A stretch of DNA of 59,320 nucleotides, filler included, from Sphacelaria rigidula (lineage: Eukaryota), in assembly GCA_964200075.2 (NCBI GenBank). It is 5 parts of 5 records of this genome, joined end to end, with 100 filler letters (N's around TTAATTAATTAA, not from the genome) between each part and the next. Parts side by side here need not be neighbours in the genome. Positions count along the whole stretch, not along the records: positions 35,653 to 47,436 come from CAXNAA020004508.1; positions 47,537 to 59,320 come from CAXNAA020004509.1; 3 more parts are not named here. One strand, written 5' to 3'. This document shows, piece by piece, positions 37,111-49,795 of this stretch. The position numbers and the translations under genes are program-made. Under the pieces are notes generated by a model, which searched no databases, was not told the origin of the DNA, and saw nothing but the letters and a program-made list of their open reading frames with translations. How positions within the stretch are numbered: position 1 is the stretch's first letter; the number at the start of each line of letters is the position of its first letter.

Positions 37111-37565
37111 AAGGTAGTTGAAGCTCTCACAGCTAGCAAGGAGCAAGTGCAAGGAGTGTCTCAACATAAAATGGACGACAGTGGAGGGAAAGACTACAAT
37201 CGTAGTCTCTGCTCTCCAGAACCGTCGAGCCAAACGAGGACGGAAGAGTGAAGTTGCGAGAGATTCGCAACTCACAACTCAATACGATGAACACACACAC
37301 GTCCTCAAGATATCACCAGGTCACCAATTTCAGGTGGGTTGATGGATGTGAAACCTCAATGAGGGGTCTTCACAAATACCATACGGCGGGCTATGACAGT
37401 GTATCGAGCCAACTGTCGAAACGGGGCAGAACAAATACGCTCGTGCCAACGCGCTTGTATCACCTTGTCTGGGGACACAAATGTGTTCGAAAAAGGGCAT
37501 CACAGTTCCAGAACCAGTTCAACCCGACCTACAACATGCGGCGGCTCCAGATTGACATAGAAACG

Positions 37566-38125
37566 TGACCAGGCCCGGGTACACACACATGCACATGCAC
37601 ATATCCATATACACCCAAATACACATACACGCATACACGCACATGGGTGTGCACATACACACACATACACAACACACAGCAACAAAAAAGGGGGGGGGGG
37701 AAGAAAAAAGAAAGAAAAACGGACAGAACGCATCAAGACTCGTCTTCTCTCCATGACTTGTCGGCATTCCGAAGTACGGCGTCGTCTATGTTGCCGTCGT
37801 CATGGCGCTGGAGACACCAGGACCCGCGGCGAGCGGACGGTGCTTGACCAGGCCCGGGTACACACACATGCACATGCACATATCCATATACACCCAAATA
37901 CACATACACGCATACACGCACATGGGTGTGCACATACACACACATACACAACACACAGCAACAAAAAAAAGGGGAGGGGGAAGAAAAAAAAGAGAAAAAC
38001 GGACAGAACGCATCAAGACTCGTCTTCTCTCCATGAATTGTCGGCATTCCGAAGTACGGCGTCGTCTATGTTGCCGTCGTCATGGCGCTGGAGACACCAG
38101 GACCCGCGGCGAGCGGACGGTGCTT
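37566..38125 (+). repeat. Tandem duplication, 2 x ~280 bp
   Basis: Units start at 37566 and 37845 (tgaccaggcccgggtacacacacatg); near-identical. Confidence 0.95.
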
Positions 38126-38682
38126 CAGTGTAGTAAGCGTCGTCCAAAAGAATCTTCACGGGGCCGGGGTCATTTAGGAAACGGATGTGGTAGGCGTTGT
38201 CGGAGTCGGGTGCTGATAAACGAATCTTGCCCAGCCACCAGAGAGAGTCCTGCCTGCGCCTTGTACCAGAAGTACGCGCCTTTTGGTAGACGTTTCCTGC
38301 GAAAAGAAAGCAAGCATTGCGCACGCAAAACAAGGCTATAGCCAGCCATGATGAACCGGGCCGAATGCTCCCGGGCCAGCTCCCGTGCCGCCGCTCCTTT
38401 CCGCACAGACCTGTATCTTCGGTTTAACACACGGTGTTGCGCAACATCGCCTACCCAGTACAACATAATTTGTCTACGGAAATGCTGCAAGTCGACTTCC
38501 CGTTCCCACGTGACCCGCATCAATCCTTTCCAGTGCGTTTGGTACATCACCGCTAGTTTACCACCACGACCGCGGACCAGTTGGTATCCGCTTATATGAT
38601 CGACTACCACGCGTTCCACAGGGGCTTGAACGTTTTCAGCCGTGACATGAAAAGGCGGCGACTTGGTGGCATGCCTCGTCAA
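38013..38682 (-). pseudogene. Pol C-terminus: chromodomain followed by a PWWP/Tudor-like domain (frameshift at ~38241-38247)
   Basis: VDHISGYQLVRGRGGKLAVMYQTHWKGLMRVTWERE (chromo-like); KGAYFWYKAQAGL/WWLGKIRLSAPDSDNAYHIRFLNDPG (PWWP-like). Confidence 0.65.
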
Positions 38683-38886
38683 GACGTACTAGCTGAGTCC
38701 TAACGGCAGTTGTTTGGGCATATCAGTGGTGTCGTGCGGGGCGGTGCAGGGTTTGCAGCGCCAGGCAGACACGCGGTTTTTCTGCGGAGGCCCAGCTTCA
38801 TCCGTGGGGAAATCGAGGTACAAGAGGTTTTCCCCGATGGGTCGATCATCCGGTGCGGTAGCACTTGGCCCAACACCCAAAATGTT

Positions 38887-41220
38887 CTACGGCCCAGTCC
38901 AATTGAGGGACAGCTTGGCCTTCAACACCTTATCCGGCGAATCCTTACTCGCGCTGGCGCCTTGGCGAATCGTCTGTACATCGTTGTACACCCACGCCCA
39001 TGCACCTACCTTCCACACTGGGCGCTTATACATCACCGCATCCAAGGTGGCATTGGCACTAACCGCTTTTGCCAAATTGATTAGGTTTTGCTCCCGCACC
39101 AAATCATACGTCAACCGCAGACGATGACTCAAAAGGTCATGATACTCCCTGATATTCCGGTCCAAACTCTGATGACCGCCCACGTTGCGGCGCTCGAAAA
39201 TGGTCAACGGCAGCCTCGGCATGCGACCAATTTGAATTTCATTTGGTGCAAGACCAGTGGCGGTGTGGACTGAGTTGTTGTAGTTCATCTGTACGAAGGG
39301 CAGGGGCAGATCCCAATCCGTTTGCCGTTCATTGGTGACGGCTGACAGCATTTGCGCCATCGTATGGTTGACACGTTCCCTTCCACCGTTCGTTTGGGGG
39401 TGATACGGACTTATAAAAATGCGGTTGGAACCCAGCCGTGCACTAACCGCAGCAGAAAATTTGCCAGAAAAGGGTTGGCCATAGTCGGACAATAGTTTCC
39501 GGGGGACACCCCATTGTGGCATGTAGTTGTACACCAGAAAATTGGCGGTGCCCTCTGCGGACTAGTTGGTTTCGGAGACGGCGTGCATGACGGCGTGGCG
39601 ACTGAAGCGATCAGTAACCAACAAAATGTAATTGTTACCACTCTCCGTGAGGAGGAACGGTACGAAATAGTCCCAAGATATAACTTCACCGGGCCCATTG
39701 GGGAGCGGCATGGACAGGACTGGCCAACGGACGGTCTGGCGTGACGTCTTGCGTGCCTGACATATCAAGCAACGCCGTACCCACCAACGGACACATTGGT
39801 CAATACGTACCCACCAATAGAATCGCTCGATGAACTGGGTTGTCCGAGTTGTACCCAGGTGGGTTGAAACGTTGGAGTGACACTCGTGTAGGACCCATGG
39901 TCGCATGAGCATGGGCACGTAGAGGCGAAGAGGTTCTTGACCGAGTAAGCGAGCATATCTACCGGTGGGGCGGTTTGGCTGAGGTGTCCGCGTGGGTTTG
40001 CGGACTAGAAGTACAGTACCATCATCATCCGTATGCAGTTTGCCTTTGTGGGCGAGCTCGATAACTTCATCCTGAGTGGGTGCCCGGCGCTGTCCAACGG
40101 GTTTGAGGATATTCGCGGACGGGAATGGAACGGGGCAATTTTGGGACAGGTGGAGTATAGCTGCGCGGCACACGGGCTCGTCCAATTGTTCTCGCGCCCA
40201 ATCTTGGCGGGAAAACAAGCTTATTTTTTCTTTTCGTTCACTCTCGACATCGGGGCCAAGGAGACAGTCGTAGGCATCGTTCACAGTGTTTGCTGGACTG
40301 TCACCCTCGGAAGGTAGGGTACAAGGGCAGGCAAGTTCCGACAATAGATCCGTACCTGCAGCGTCGACCTCTCCAAGAGATTCGTTGGGAGTGGAATGTT
40401 GTGGGAAAGCACAGACACTGGTACAGCAGAGGTCCACGATCGGAGCATCGTCCTCCGCGGATTCGTCGATCGTCGGCAGGCCAGCAGAGGGTGAGCCCAC
40501 CTTGGGCGTTGGCTTGTATCGACGCGGTTGGGGTGGGGCGAGGAAACCCGCCAGCACCGGAACCGGGGGAAGATCAGGTCCAGAAACAGCGGCGTGCGCG
40601 GCAGCCTCCGCTGCTCTGCGACCTCGCGTTCTACTAGAGATAAGATCGCGTACTTGTACAGGGAAAACAGATGGGGAGACGGTGAGTTCCGGGTCGGCGG
40701 CAGTATTGATACGGCGGCCCGTCACTCTGAAAAGGTCGTATCTGGATATGGTACTTGGGTTGGTGTTGGCACTTTTAGATACCGTAAGAAAAGATCTGGG
40801 GGGCAAGCCACCTAGCGCCGTTTTCGGGGCAGAAGGTGCCAGCCCACTTATGCTTAAACCCGTAGTCTCATTGGAGACAAGAGGCGTCCAGAGACCAAGA
40901 CGACCACGGCGACTGATCAAGTAGACGATATCCTCCGTAGGGTCTATTTTGCGTCCCGCGGGGGAGGAATCAATCGGTGTGGCAGGTGTCGGCAATCGCG
41001 AGAAGTCAGCGTTGGCGTTCTGCGAACCAGTCCGATACTTCAACTGAAAGTCGTAAGAAGATAAGATTTCAAACCAACGCTGCACTGTCGCATTGTGCTC
41101 CGCTATTTTCGCGAGGTTTTCCAACAACTTGTGGTCGATCAAAACGACGAAAGGAATACCATACGAAAAGTGACGGAGACGCCGAACACCCCAAACAACG
41201 GCCCCCGCTTCTTGCTCCAT
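38887..41220 (-). pseudogene. Gypsy RNase H C-terminal half and integrase (HHCC, DDE core, GPY/F-like)
   Basis: EQEAGAVVWGVRRLRHF...DHK; HECHS...HLG...CLICQ; ISWDYF...TDRFSR; LLSDYGQPF...SPYHPQTNG; NWTGP; interrupted by stops. Confidence 0.93.
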
Positions 41221-41267
41221 AACGCTCCAATTTTGTTCGTCAGGGAATGTTGTGCGGCTCAGATAGA

Positions 41268-42338
41268 CTATGGGGCGGATGGTATATCCGATTGCTCCTG
41301 CTCAAGTGTACGGCCGAAACCGATCTTGCAAGCGTCAGTGCGTAGGCGGAAAGGCCGTGAGCCGGCATCGGCGGCATCCCAATGAGGGTATACAAGGATC
41401 GGAGGGCTTGACCATTGGGCAAGGAGATCGTGGACTGTCTCTTCCATGGGTTTGGTGAACTCGAACTTCACCCCTCGCTTGAGAAGAGTGGTGAGGGGTT
41501 TCAATGTGCGCGCAAGATTCGGTAGATATTGGCGGTAATAGCTGAGGCCGCCGAGCAGCGAGCTCAAGTGAGGGACATCTTTGGGCACTGGCATCTTTGC
41601 AACAGCTGAAACTTTGTCGAAGGTGGGGTTGCGGCCCTCTGGGGTAATGCAATGCCCCAGATATGTGATAGTCGTGGCGCCAATCTGTGATTTCGATGGC
41701 GACAGTTTCAGATTATGCTGCTCGAATCGGCCAAAAAATATCGCTAATTGCTCTACGTGCCCCGCGGGGTTAAGATCCTGAATCACGGCATCGTCCAGGT
41801 ACATCTTGCAGTTGGGGAGCCCATTGGTGACGCGAAACATGACTCTTTGAAAAGCCCCGGGAGCACCAGAGGTACCTTGTGGTGTCACTAGCCACTTATA
41901 AAGTCCAGACGGGGTGCAAAACGCCGTCATCTCAATGGAGTCGGGGTCCATTACCAGTTGATGATATCCCGACTGCATATCAAATGTATAAAATATTTTA
42001 CCTCGTCCAAGGCAGTCGATGATTTCATCTATACGGAGGAGCGGAAGGCGGGGAACTGTCGTCACCGCGTTCAAGTGTTGATAATTGACAGTGAGGCGGA
42101 TCTTGCCATTTTTCTTTCGAACAACAACCAAGGGGGAGGCCCAAGGAGAGGTCGAATGACGAATGATCCCCGCCGCTAAGTAGCTATCTATGATTACTTG
42201 TACTTTATTAGCGAGCAGCGGGTTTGTGCGATAAGGGCGTGTGGCGATGGGGGTGCGTTCCTTTCGGCATATTGATTTTGAACGGAGCCGTCGTGCAGCG
42301 ACCCAAATCAAGAGGTGAGGTGGAGAATCGCGCGGCAT
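41268..42338 (-). pseudogene. Gypsy reverse transcriptase and RNase H N-terminus
   Basis: STSPWASPLVVVRKKNGKIRLTVNY, FDMQSGYHQ, TAFCTPSGLYKW, MYLDD, YLGHCI, TDACKIGFG. Confidence 0.96.
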
Positions 42339-43161
42339 GGCGAATCAGGACATCGCGCAGTTTGTCGATGATCGCTGTAGTCCAACCCTCACCGTCCAGA
42401 TTAAAGGTGATGCGACGAAGGTGTGGGGGAACGTCATCCTACAGTCGCAAGAAACTCGCCCGCTGCTCAGGCTGTAAGCAATCCAACAGTGTTTGGGAAA
42501 TTTACGGTTCCGCGTCTTCATCAGACGCGGTCACTACCATTGGGTCAATTGGTCCCGGTCCATCACAGTCAGCATGTGGCGCGAAGTCAGGCGGAGTAGC
42601 GGTACTGTTGTGGGGGCAAATATCCGACGTAGGCGCACGTAGTAGGGGAGCGGAGGCATACCCCAACAACTGATTGGGTACTAAATCATCGCACTCTGGA
42701 GACGCCAGGGGAAATTGCTGGCGTCCGTCCTCGACGAAAACATCCTCCTGTCCAAACATGCCATCTGTCGAACCATCACAGTGAAGGAAATCTACCAAGT
42801 ATTGTCCTGTGAGTGCTGGTAGACCATTGCGCCGCGCCAGATTCACCATCACGGGTTGGGGTTCATGCGATAGTGACGCTACTGCCTCCCCAACATAGAA
42901 CAACTTGAAAGCGGTTTGTGAGGCAGACGAGTCGCGCGTGAAAGCCTGGGCACCGGTTTGGCCGTCAAGATGGCCCGGCTGCAATTTTCCCTTCGTGGGT
43001 GAATGCGGTGACGGAGGTTCGGTGGTGTATGTTTGTGTCGAAAATCGCAACTAGCTATCTCTGCCTACCAGGACATCCAACGCCATGGCAATTTGTGAGA
43101 CAATCAAGGCCCAAACAGAAAGGTGTGCCGTGGGCTTCGCATCATTGAAGAACTGAACACT

Positions 43162-44409
43162 TCAACGCACGGCCTGGGTGGCACTCAAAGTAGGACCGGG
43201 CCCGAAGCCGCCGAAAGTGCGGGGTGGGACAGCGGACAGACATCTATCATCTGCCGCGCCGGTACGAATCATGTCCCGCCAGCAGCTGTCGGTAATGAAA
43301 GTCTGTGGGGAGCCTGAGTCCGGGAGTGCCAGGGCCATAAGTTGACGACTTGCACAAGACCCACTATGAAGTCCAACTCTAGTTGTAAAAGACGCATCGT
43401 CCAAGGTGACAACGCCACTCTTGAGATCTGGACCAAACTGTGGCAACGAATCGATATGTGTGCTACGCACCTTGTGGACTATGGTATTCAGATACACTCT
43501 GGAGTGGTCCTGTGGGGCCTGGGGATGGTGGTACTGGTCTTGGCTGGTCTCTAACGTTGGGGCATCAGGGCTACTTATCTCATAAACCGTTATGGGCGAG
43601 CGACTATTAGGGTTTGCCGTCGTGGTGAAGGCGCGGCCGGCTGTGATGTCGGCAGGGAGGGCATGCACTACCTGCTGAGTGGATGCTACAAGTGTAGGGT
43701 CAGCAGATATGTCAACCCTGCACTGCGAGGTGCCTGCCGAATCATCTACAGTAGTGGGCAAAGGGGGCGACGATTTATCGTCGTCGGACGCGGTTCCGGT
43801 GACCGCATCAGCGGAACTCACGTCAGATACAAAAACACATGCATTGTTCACAGACATGATTTCCACGGATTTATCGGGAGACACGTTGTCGGAGGCCAAC
43901 CTTGGCATTACAGGGAACGAATCGTCTGTGACCCGCCTGAGACTGTCGTGGTGTGGGGTCGCCAGTGGCGGACCCGCACGTGTACGCGTCAACGAATCGA
44001 CAGCAGGTAGGGTGGACTTGTGGCTCAACACGTTCCGCCGCGACCTCTTTGTTGGTGCTGGCTCAGGGGGCAAAGGGGGGACAGAGGGTGGTAGCGGCAC
44101 ATCCAATGCCCGAGGCGTACCATCGTGACCTGTCGCTGTTGAGAAGTTCGCGGGAGTGCTCCGTGACGGTGCGAGCTCTTGGCTTACCGACCGGATCACT
44201 GCCGGGGGTCCTTCTCCAACCCGTGGAGCAACGGAAAGCGAGGGTTCCCTGTGGTCATGATCCACAGTGGAATAACTATGCTCAACTACAATGGAGCCCG
44301 ACGCCACTTGGGTGTCTGGGCTAACATGTATCCTACGATGGATGGTCGCAGGGGCAGCAACACGAGGACCGGGAGACAGCTTCTCTCTCGGCACGTGGAT
44401 ACCTGTCAT
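43162..44409 (-). pseudogene. Gypsy aspartic protease preceded by a long Pro/Ser/Thr-rich region
   Basis: ALPDSGSPQTFI (DSG motif) near 43290-43335. Confidence 0.8.
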
Positions 44410-45446
44410 GGTACGATACTCACCACCTAGGTAGGAAGGTGCCAGCTAAGTGGGCACCTGGGCTAGCGGGCTCAAACACAATCATGAGTATCGAAGCTAT
44501 CGAGCTCGACTTTACCGAGTGCAGAGCCAGTCATGTTCGCAGCGTTGGGCTGCAGACGCGATGAGCCGCTCAGACGCCAGAACAACATATGTTGCATGAA
44601 GGTCAGGCTTACATTTGTGAAGACCAGAGAATCCTCTGAGATAGCAGTCCATGATGGCGTAGATACTCTTGTATTATTGGCGTACAGGCTAACTTGTGCT
44701 TTGCTACTTAAGATGCATAGTCCAAAACGCTGTGACACGTGAGGGCAGCCGGGTCAATCCAACCACAATGGAGTATGACCCATCAGGTACCAAGCATGAC
44801 AAAGTATGACACATGGGAACCTAATCGACTGGACAGTGACCAATAAATCTGTAACATACCTGCAGGACGTGGCCTCCCCCTTTGGTTTAACTGAGAGGAA
44901 GATAGCTGTTCACGGACTGAGCTATGAAGTGGTATACTAGAGTGATCATGTCCAGTGGTCGTACGACACAATTTTTCACCTGTGAGAGCTATAACCACGA
45001 GGGGTTTCGCGGGATCTTGCCTGAGTGGGACCCGTGACCCAGGACTGATCGAACCCATTGTACCCACACCACAAGCTTGAGTTAGCGCCGGCCGACGATA
45101 TCTCAGGTTCGGGGTGTGGGGGCATTGGCCGCGGAAAATTCACGGGGACCGCACCGTCTCGGTGTTCGGTCAATATATTAACGGGGACCGCACCGTCTTG
45201 GTGTTCGGTCATTAGACGTGTAAGACGGGGTTGCACTCGCGTGGAATGCTGTAGCACCGGAGACTGAGGGGAGATTTCGCCAGTCTTTGGTGTAGGCTCA
45301 TGCCTCGAGACACTATACGAATTACCAAGTACAGGGACTGATACCGAATTTTGCGGTGCAGTCATGGAAGGTGGCGTCCACCAAGCGGTACCCTCGCAGG
45401 GTTTACTCGATAGCGTCGAAGGGTACGCGGCGTATCGAGGAACCAG

Positions 45447-46800
45447 TCAGGTGGTACGCGTGGCGGGGTGCGCTGTGTTATTTAACTGAGTCTCTTGCGC
45501 TGGAGGGCCATGGGGGTCCGAGGGCGAGGCGCATCTAGCGTCTTGCGAAGGTTGTGTCGACGTCTGACTGTCCAGAGGTTGGCTGGGTGGGAGTGCTAGT
45601 TGATTGGCGTTGGGGGGTTGGGTATGAGCCTGCGACGCTTGGCCATGTGCTTGATTGGTCAATTGAGCAGCGTGTGGGTTGTAACCATACCCCTGAGTCT
45701 GGGGGCCGTATGAGTGGTGGTGACCTCGGTAGTTGTTGTAACGGGGTTGGTTTGTGCGAGGGTAGTGGTTGTGCGGAATACGCATGTTCTGTTAGCGACT
45801 ATCACGGTTGTCGCGGTACGAGCGCATGCAGGCCTGCCATATAGGCCAGCAGTGCGCGTACTCCGGCTCGAAAAACGCTCTGTTCAAGAGACCCGACGAA
45901 TTTGTGAAAGGCGCTTGACACTGGCGCACTGAAAACGCAGCAACTCTACAATCCGAAGTGCAGTCCGTTGGGAGATTAAAAATCAATCCGCAGTTTAAAA
46001 AACTATCCTTAAACCGGCGAATGAGATCCGACCGTGCGGAGGGATCTATGTCTGAGGCCCACAATGGCGGATCATTGTTGTGCATCGACATACTGACGTT
46101 GTATACATGTTGCCAGGTTTCATGAGACAAGGGCCAGCTAGGGAAACGGCTAGCGAAGGGTTCGCGGTAGTCAATTGAATTCACCATTACTTAACCGGTA
46201 GGCAACATGTTCTCCGGTATCCACGGGCTTTTCGCAGCTTTGGTGCATGAATCGTCCGTACGGGGTGCACGAGGATCAGGGTATGTGTGGGTGTCGATAT
46301 GTGGGCGGGATGCGACACTACTTGAAACACTGGGCGGTGCTGGGGCCTGCTCGTAGGTACCGGGGCTAGAGTCGTACGGCAAAGCGGGCGTGCGGTCTGG
46401 ACGTCGACTATCAAGTCTGCTCCACACAGTTTCAATGTCAGCAAACGGAACCGAAGCGGTGGCCGCCTCGTTGGCGAAAACGATTGGCATGAGGGCGGGA
46501 AATTGTCGACTCATGCTGGATCGAAATACACTCATGACCATATCCTGGGTGGGCGCAAGCTCTCTCCCTCCATCAACAGTCACTGTGACTAGCTCACGGA
46601 AACCGCGTAGATATTTGTTGAACGGGGTGCCTTCGGGTACGTGGTACATAAAAAAACAGCAAATTGTGCGAATTGAGGTTTAACTCCGAGATGAGGTTCA
46701 AGTGGGCAACCTGACTTGCGAACGTTTTGTAGCACAAGTACCGAGGACAAGCTCTTATTCGGAAGAAGTAACCTGTGGAGGTGGACCCGTGACGCGTCAT
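45447..46800 (-). pseudogene. Gypsy gag remnant
   Basis: Consecutive minus-strand ORFs upstream of pol (46191-46649, 45792-46187, 45447-45785) with a decayed knuckle-like LNCG...SVRQC and a Q/P/N-rich tail. Confidence 0.65.
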
Positions 46801-47436
46801 GTTCAGTACGTCGAAGATTGGAGAGAAGTAAGTCGGGTGAGCACTCTTGTTACTCTACGCCACAGGGGAAAGCAGTAGGAGCGCACGGATCCCATGTCCT
46901 GCGATAGCCCCCCCCCCTCGGGCTGCGCCAGCGCGAGGAACAAAACCTCGGTCATGCCCGACAGGGTGAAGGGGGGGGGGGGAGGGGGGGGGCGTCAGGC
47001 ACGACTAAGACGGGCACCGTTCGTGTCTTGGGATCGATCAGCTGCGGGTTTGTGTTTCCCCCCTCAATCAAAAGGTCGGTTTCAACGCAACATGGATAGG
47101 CCATTGCCCACAAGATTTCGCCACGGAAACGACTAGGATACTCCCCTTCGAACTCTTCCCTCTGGCGCAAAGAATGGTGCATTGTCTTCCATCGAATTCG
47201 AGAACACGAGCAGGTAGGTGTTCCACGCACGGTGCTACCACCGGTTGCGAACGACAAGCATTGACGCCGTCTATTCTCATCAACCGGGACCCTCGTGAAA
47301 CCACGCTCAACGCGACAGGACGATGAACCCCTCCACCCCCTCCCCCCCACGAACTCCCAAACTCCGTACCCCAACCCAACCCCAGGAATCTAGACCCTCG
47401 TTTTCAGAACCGAAGCCATATGTATTACATCCGTCA

Positions 47437-47536
47437 NNNNNNNNNNNNNNNNNNNNNNNNNNNNNNNNNNNNNNNNNNNNTTAATTAATTAANNNNNNNN
47501 NNNNNNNNNNNNNNNNNNNNNNNNNNNNNNNNNNNN
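47437..47536. other. Artificial linker N44-TTAATTAATTAA-N44
   Basis: Identical spacer. Confidence 0.99.
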
Positions 47537-48138
47537 CTCTCCACTGTTGAGCATGGCGTGAGAAAAGATTCCAGATCGCTCCGGGAATCGAACCCCCCAG
47601 TACTGGTTGAAGAAAAGTGTGTGTGGTTCAGGGCCCATGACTTCAAATTGATCAACCTGTATGACTTATGTAGGTCCCGCATTAATCCGAAGGTGGGACA
47701 TATATGGGCGCTCACGTCGAACTTGTCACACATGGCGTACATGTACAAGCCATTCACGCCTTGATTCATGAAGAAGGGTTGGCTGTGTGAATTACAAATG
47801 ATGTACAAACCGTATGATTTATTCGTTGAAATGATGACTCTGAGTTGACTCACGAGTTGATTTGTCCTAACCGTGGAAGATTGCTTCACGAAAGGTCAGC
47901 CGTGCACACTGGCCGGGGGTAGAAAACACCGAAGGGTTGAACAATTCGTCATACCCGTAAATTAGAGAAGCTTCGAACCTTCTTTCCTTCCACGTTCCAT
48001 TCGCACGGGCTCTGAAAAACACGTTTTGGCGAATCGTTTGCTCTAAGGCTGTAGAAAAACAACAATTTCTTGCCCGAGAAAACGTCAAATGTAAACCGTC
48101 AATTTTCCATCAACGGTTCCAAAAGGGTTGAGAATAAA

Positions 48139-48901
48139 TCCGCGGAGCAGATTATTACGGTGCGGTTTGACAAACCGCACCGCTCCTAGACATTTGTATG
48201 GGGTGGATATCCGCTCCGCTCCGCTTCGTACCATAATCAAGGCCGGATATCCGCTCCGCAATAATCCGTGAGTGATCCGATGTACGGATATCCGCTCCGC
48301 TTCGTACCATAATCAAGGCCGGATATCCGCTCCGCAACAATCCGTGAGTGATCCGATGTACGGATATCCGCTCCGTTCCGTCAGGACTGCAGCTGCGCGG
48401 TTGACATCGTGAAACGCGGTTTTTTCTACGGAGCGGTTCTACCCACTCCGTAGCTCATCCGTGTTGGTTGGCTCGTGCACCCGTAGAGAGTTCATCAGAT
48501 AGTTTGCATTGTAGCTAAAATAGCTGGGTTAGCTAGCTGGAGAGTGAGACAGTGTTCGAGCCAGGAACTCAGCTTCACCCAATCACGTCTACACGTATGT
48601 CCTACACGCCAAGAGCGGTGGAAAACCTTCACACGTCTACCCAATCAAAACACCACACCTCGAGTGCGTCACTACTCAATATCGTAAATCCCGTTCGTCG
48701 TAGATCATTCCGTGCGTTCTCCGTAGCATAACTTCCGAATCAAACCGCTGAAAAGCCACGGTTTCCCACGGATAAAGCTGTTCCGACTGCCGGACAACTT
48801 GGAATTCGAACTATATAAAATATTGTTTTGGGTAAGCAATTTACCGATGCGGTCCTGAAATTCTGCTGCGAATCATGCAAACCGCGGTTTGCACGACACA
48901 C

Positions 48902-48976
<75 letters not shown>

Positions 48977-49795
48977 TTCGCCTCAAACTGGAGAGCGTAA
49001 TACAAACACGGCGGCGGTGCGCGGACCTCGGATGGTTGATGCCATGGATTTCAATACCGAACGAAGTGCCGAGCGATCTCCCGCGTCAGAGGCTGAGGTG
49101 GAGGTGCATGTCCACCTCCACACCCGGTTCTGATCCTCCTCCTTCTTCTCTACGTGAGAACTCTTGCGATTCTACTATGCCCAGCCCCACACCTCCCGCT
49201 AAGACCGTAGAAAGCGTTCGACGCACGGTGGTCAACATGGCGGTGGACGCTGGTGCTAGGGTAATCTCAGGGGTGTGGCTATACTTTCATAAGTTCGACA
49301 AGGGACGCGACCTTATATGTGGAGCATTTTACCCGCCGTCCCCCCTGTCCAGCATCTTGAAGTCCCAGCAAAACGACTCCTTTCCTACTTCTTGGTATTA
49401 TTTATCTGCGGATATCCATACATTTTTTACGCGGATAACCTTGTCATTTGAACGGGTTATTGCGGTGCACCCTGGGGAAATGCCGTGGTTTGTGCGGTTT
49501 GTTCCACGGAGAGGAACAATAGGCTCCGTGAAAAAATCCGTGCGACGGACGTCCGCTCCGCAATGATCCGTGCTCACGTAGCGGGCGGATATCCGCCCCG
49601 TTACAATCCGTGATTTTTCTCACCATTATAGCGGATATCCGCTCCGTACCATATTCGAAAAATTCCTCCGCTCCGTGACATGATCAAGGCCAGATATCCG
49701 CTCCGCAATACTTCGTGACATTTTCAATGGCGAGTATCCGCTCCGCTCTGCTCCGTGAGGTTTGAGAAAATAAATCCGCTCTGCGGAGTGGACTA
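48139..49795 (+). mobile_element. Non-autonomous hAT-like deletion derivative
   Basis: Both ends are dense in ggatatccgctccg subterminal repeats (76-bp tandem at 48227/48303); inverted end motif tccgc.gagc.gatt; internal SGVWLYFHKF...C resembling the start of a BED finger (~49265-49320). Confidence 0.6.
48904..48969 (+). repeat. (AC)n microsatellite, about 33 units
   Basis: Direct reading. Confidence 0.97.

Larger units (their letters stand above)
38013..47436 (-). mobile_element. Ty3/Gypsy (Metaviridae) LTR retrotransposon, chromodomain-bearing, degenerate; LTR boundaries unresolved
   Basis: Domain order gag-PR-RT-RH-INT-chromo on the minus strand; possible LTR end and PBS (...ATACA-TA-TGGCTTCGG) at ~47405-47425. 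The 3' non-coding region probably continues toward 35653. Confidence 0.95.

Noticed and set aside
40033-44430. Plus-strand ORFs of 100-212 aa within the Gypsy element
   Set aside because: They are antisense shadows of pol with no independent motifs.
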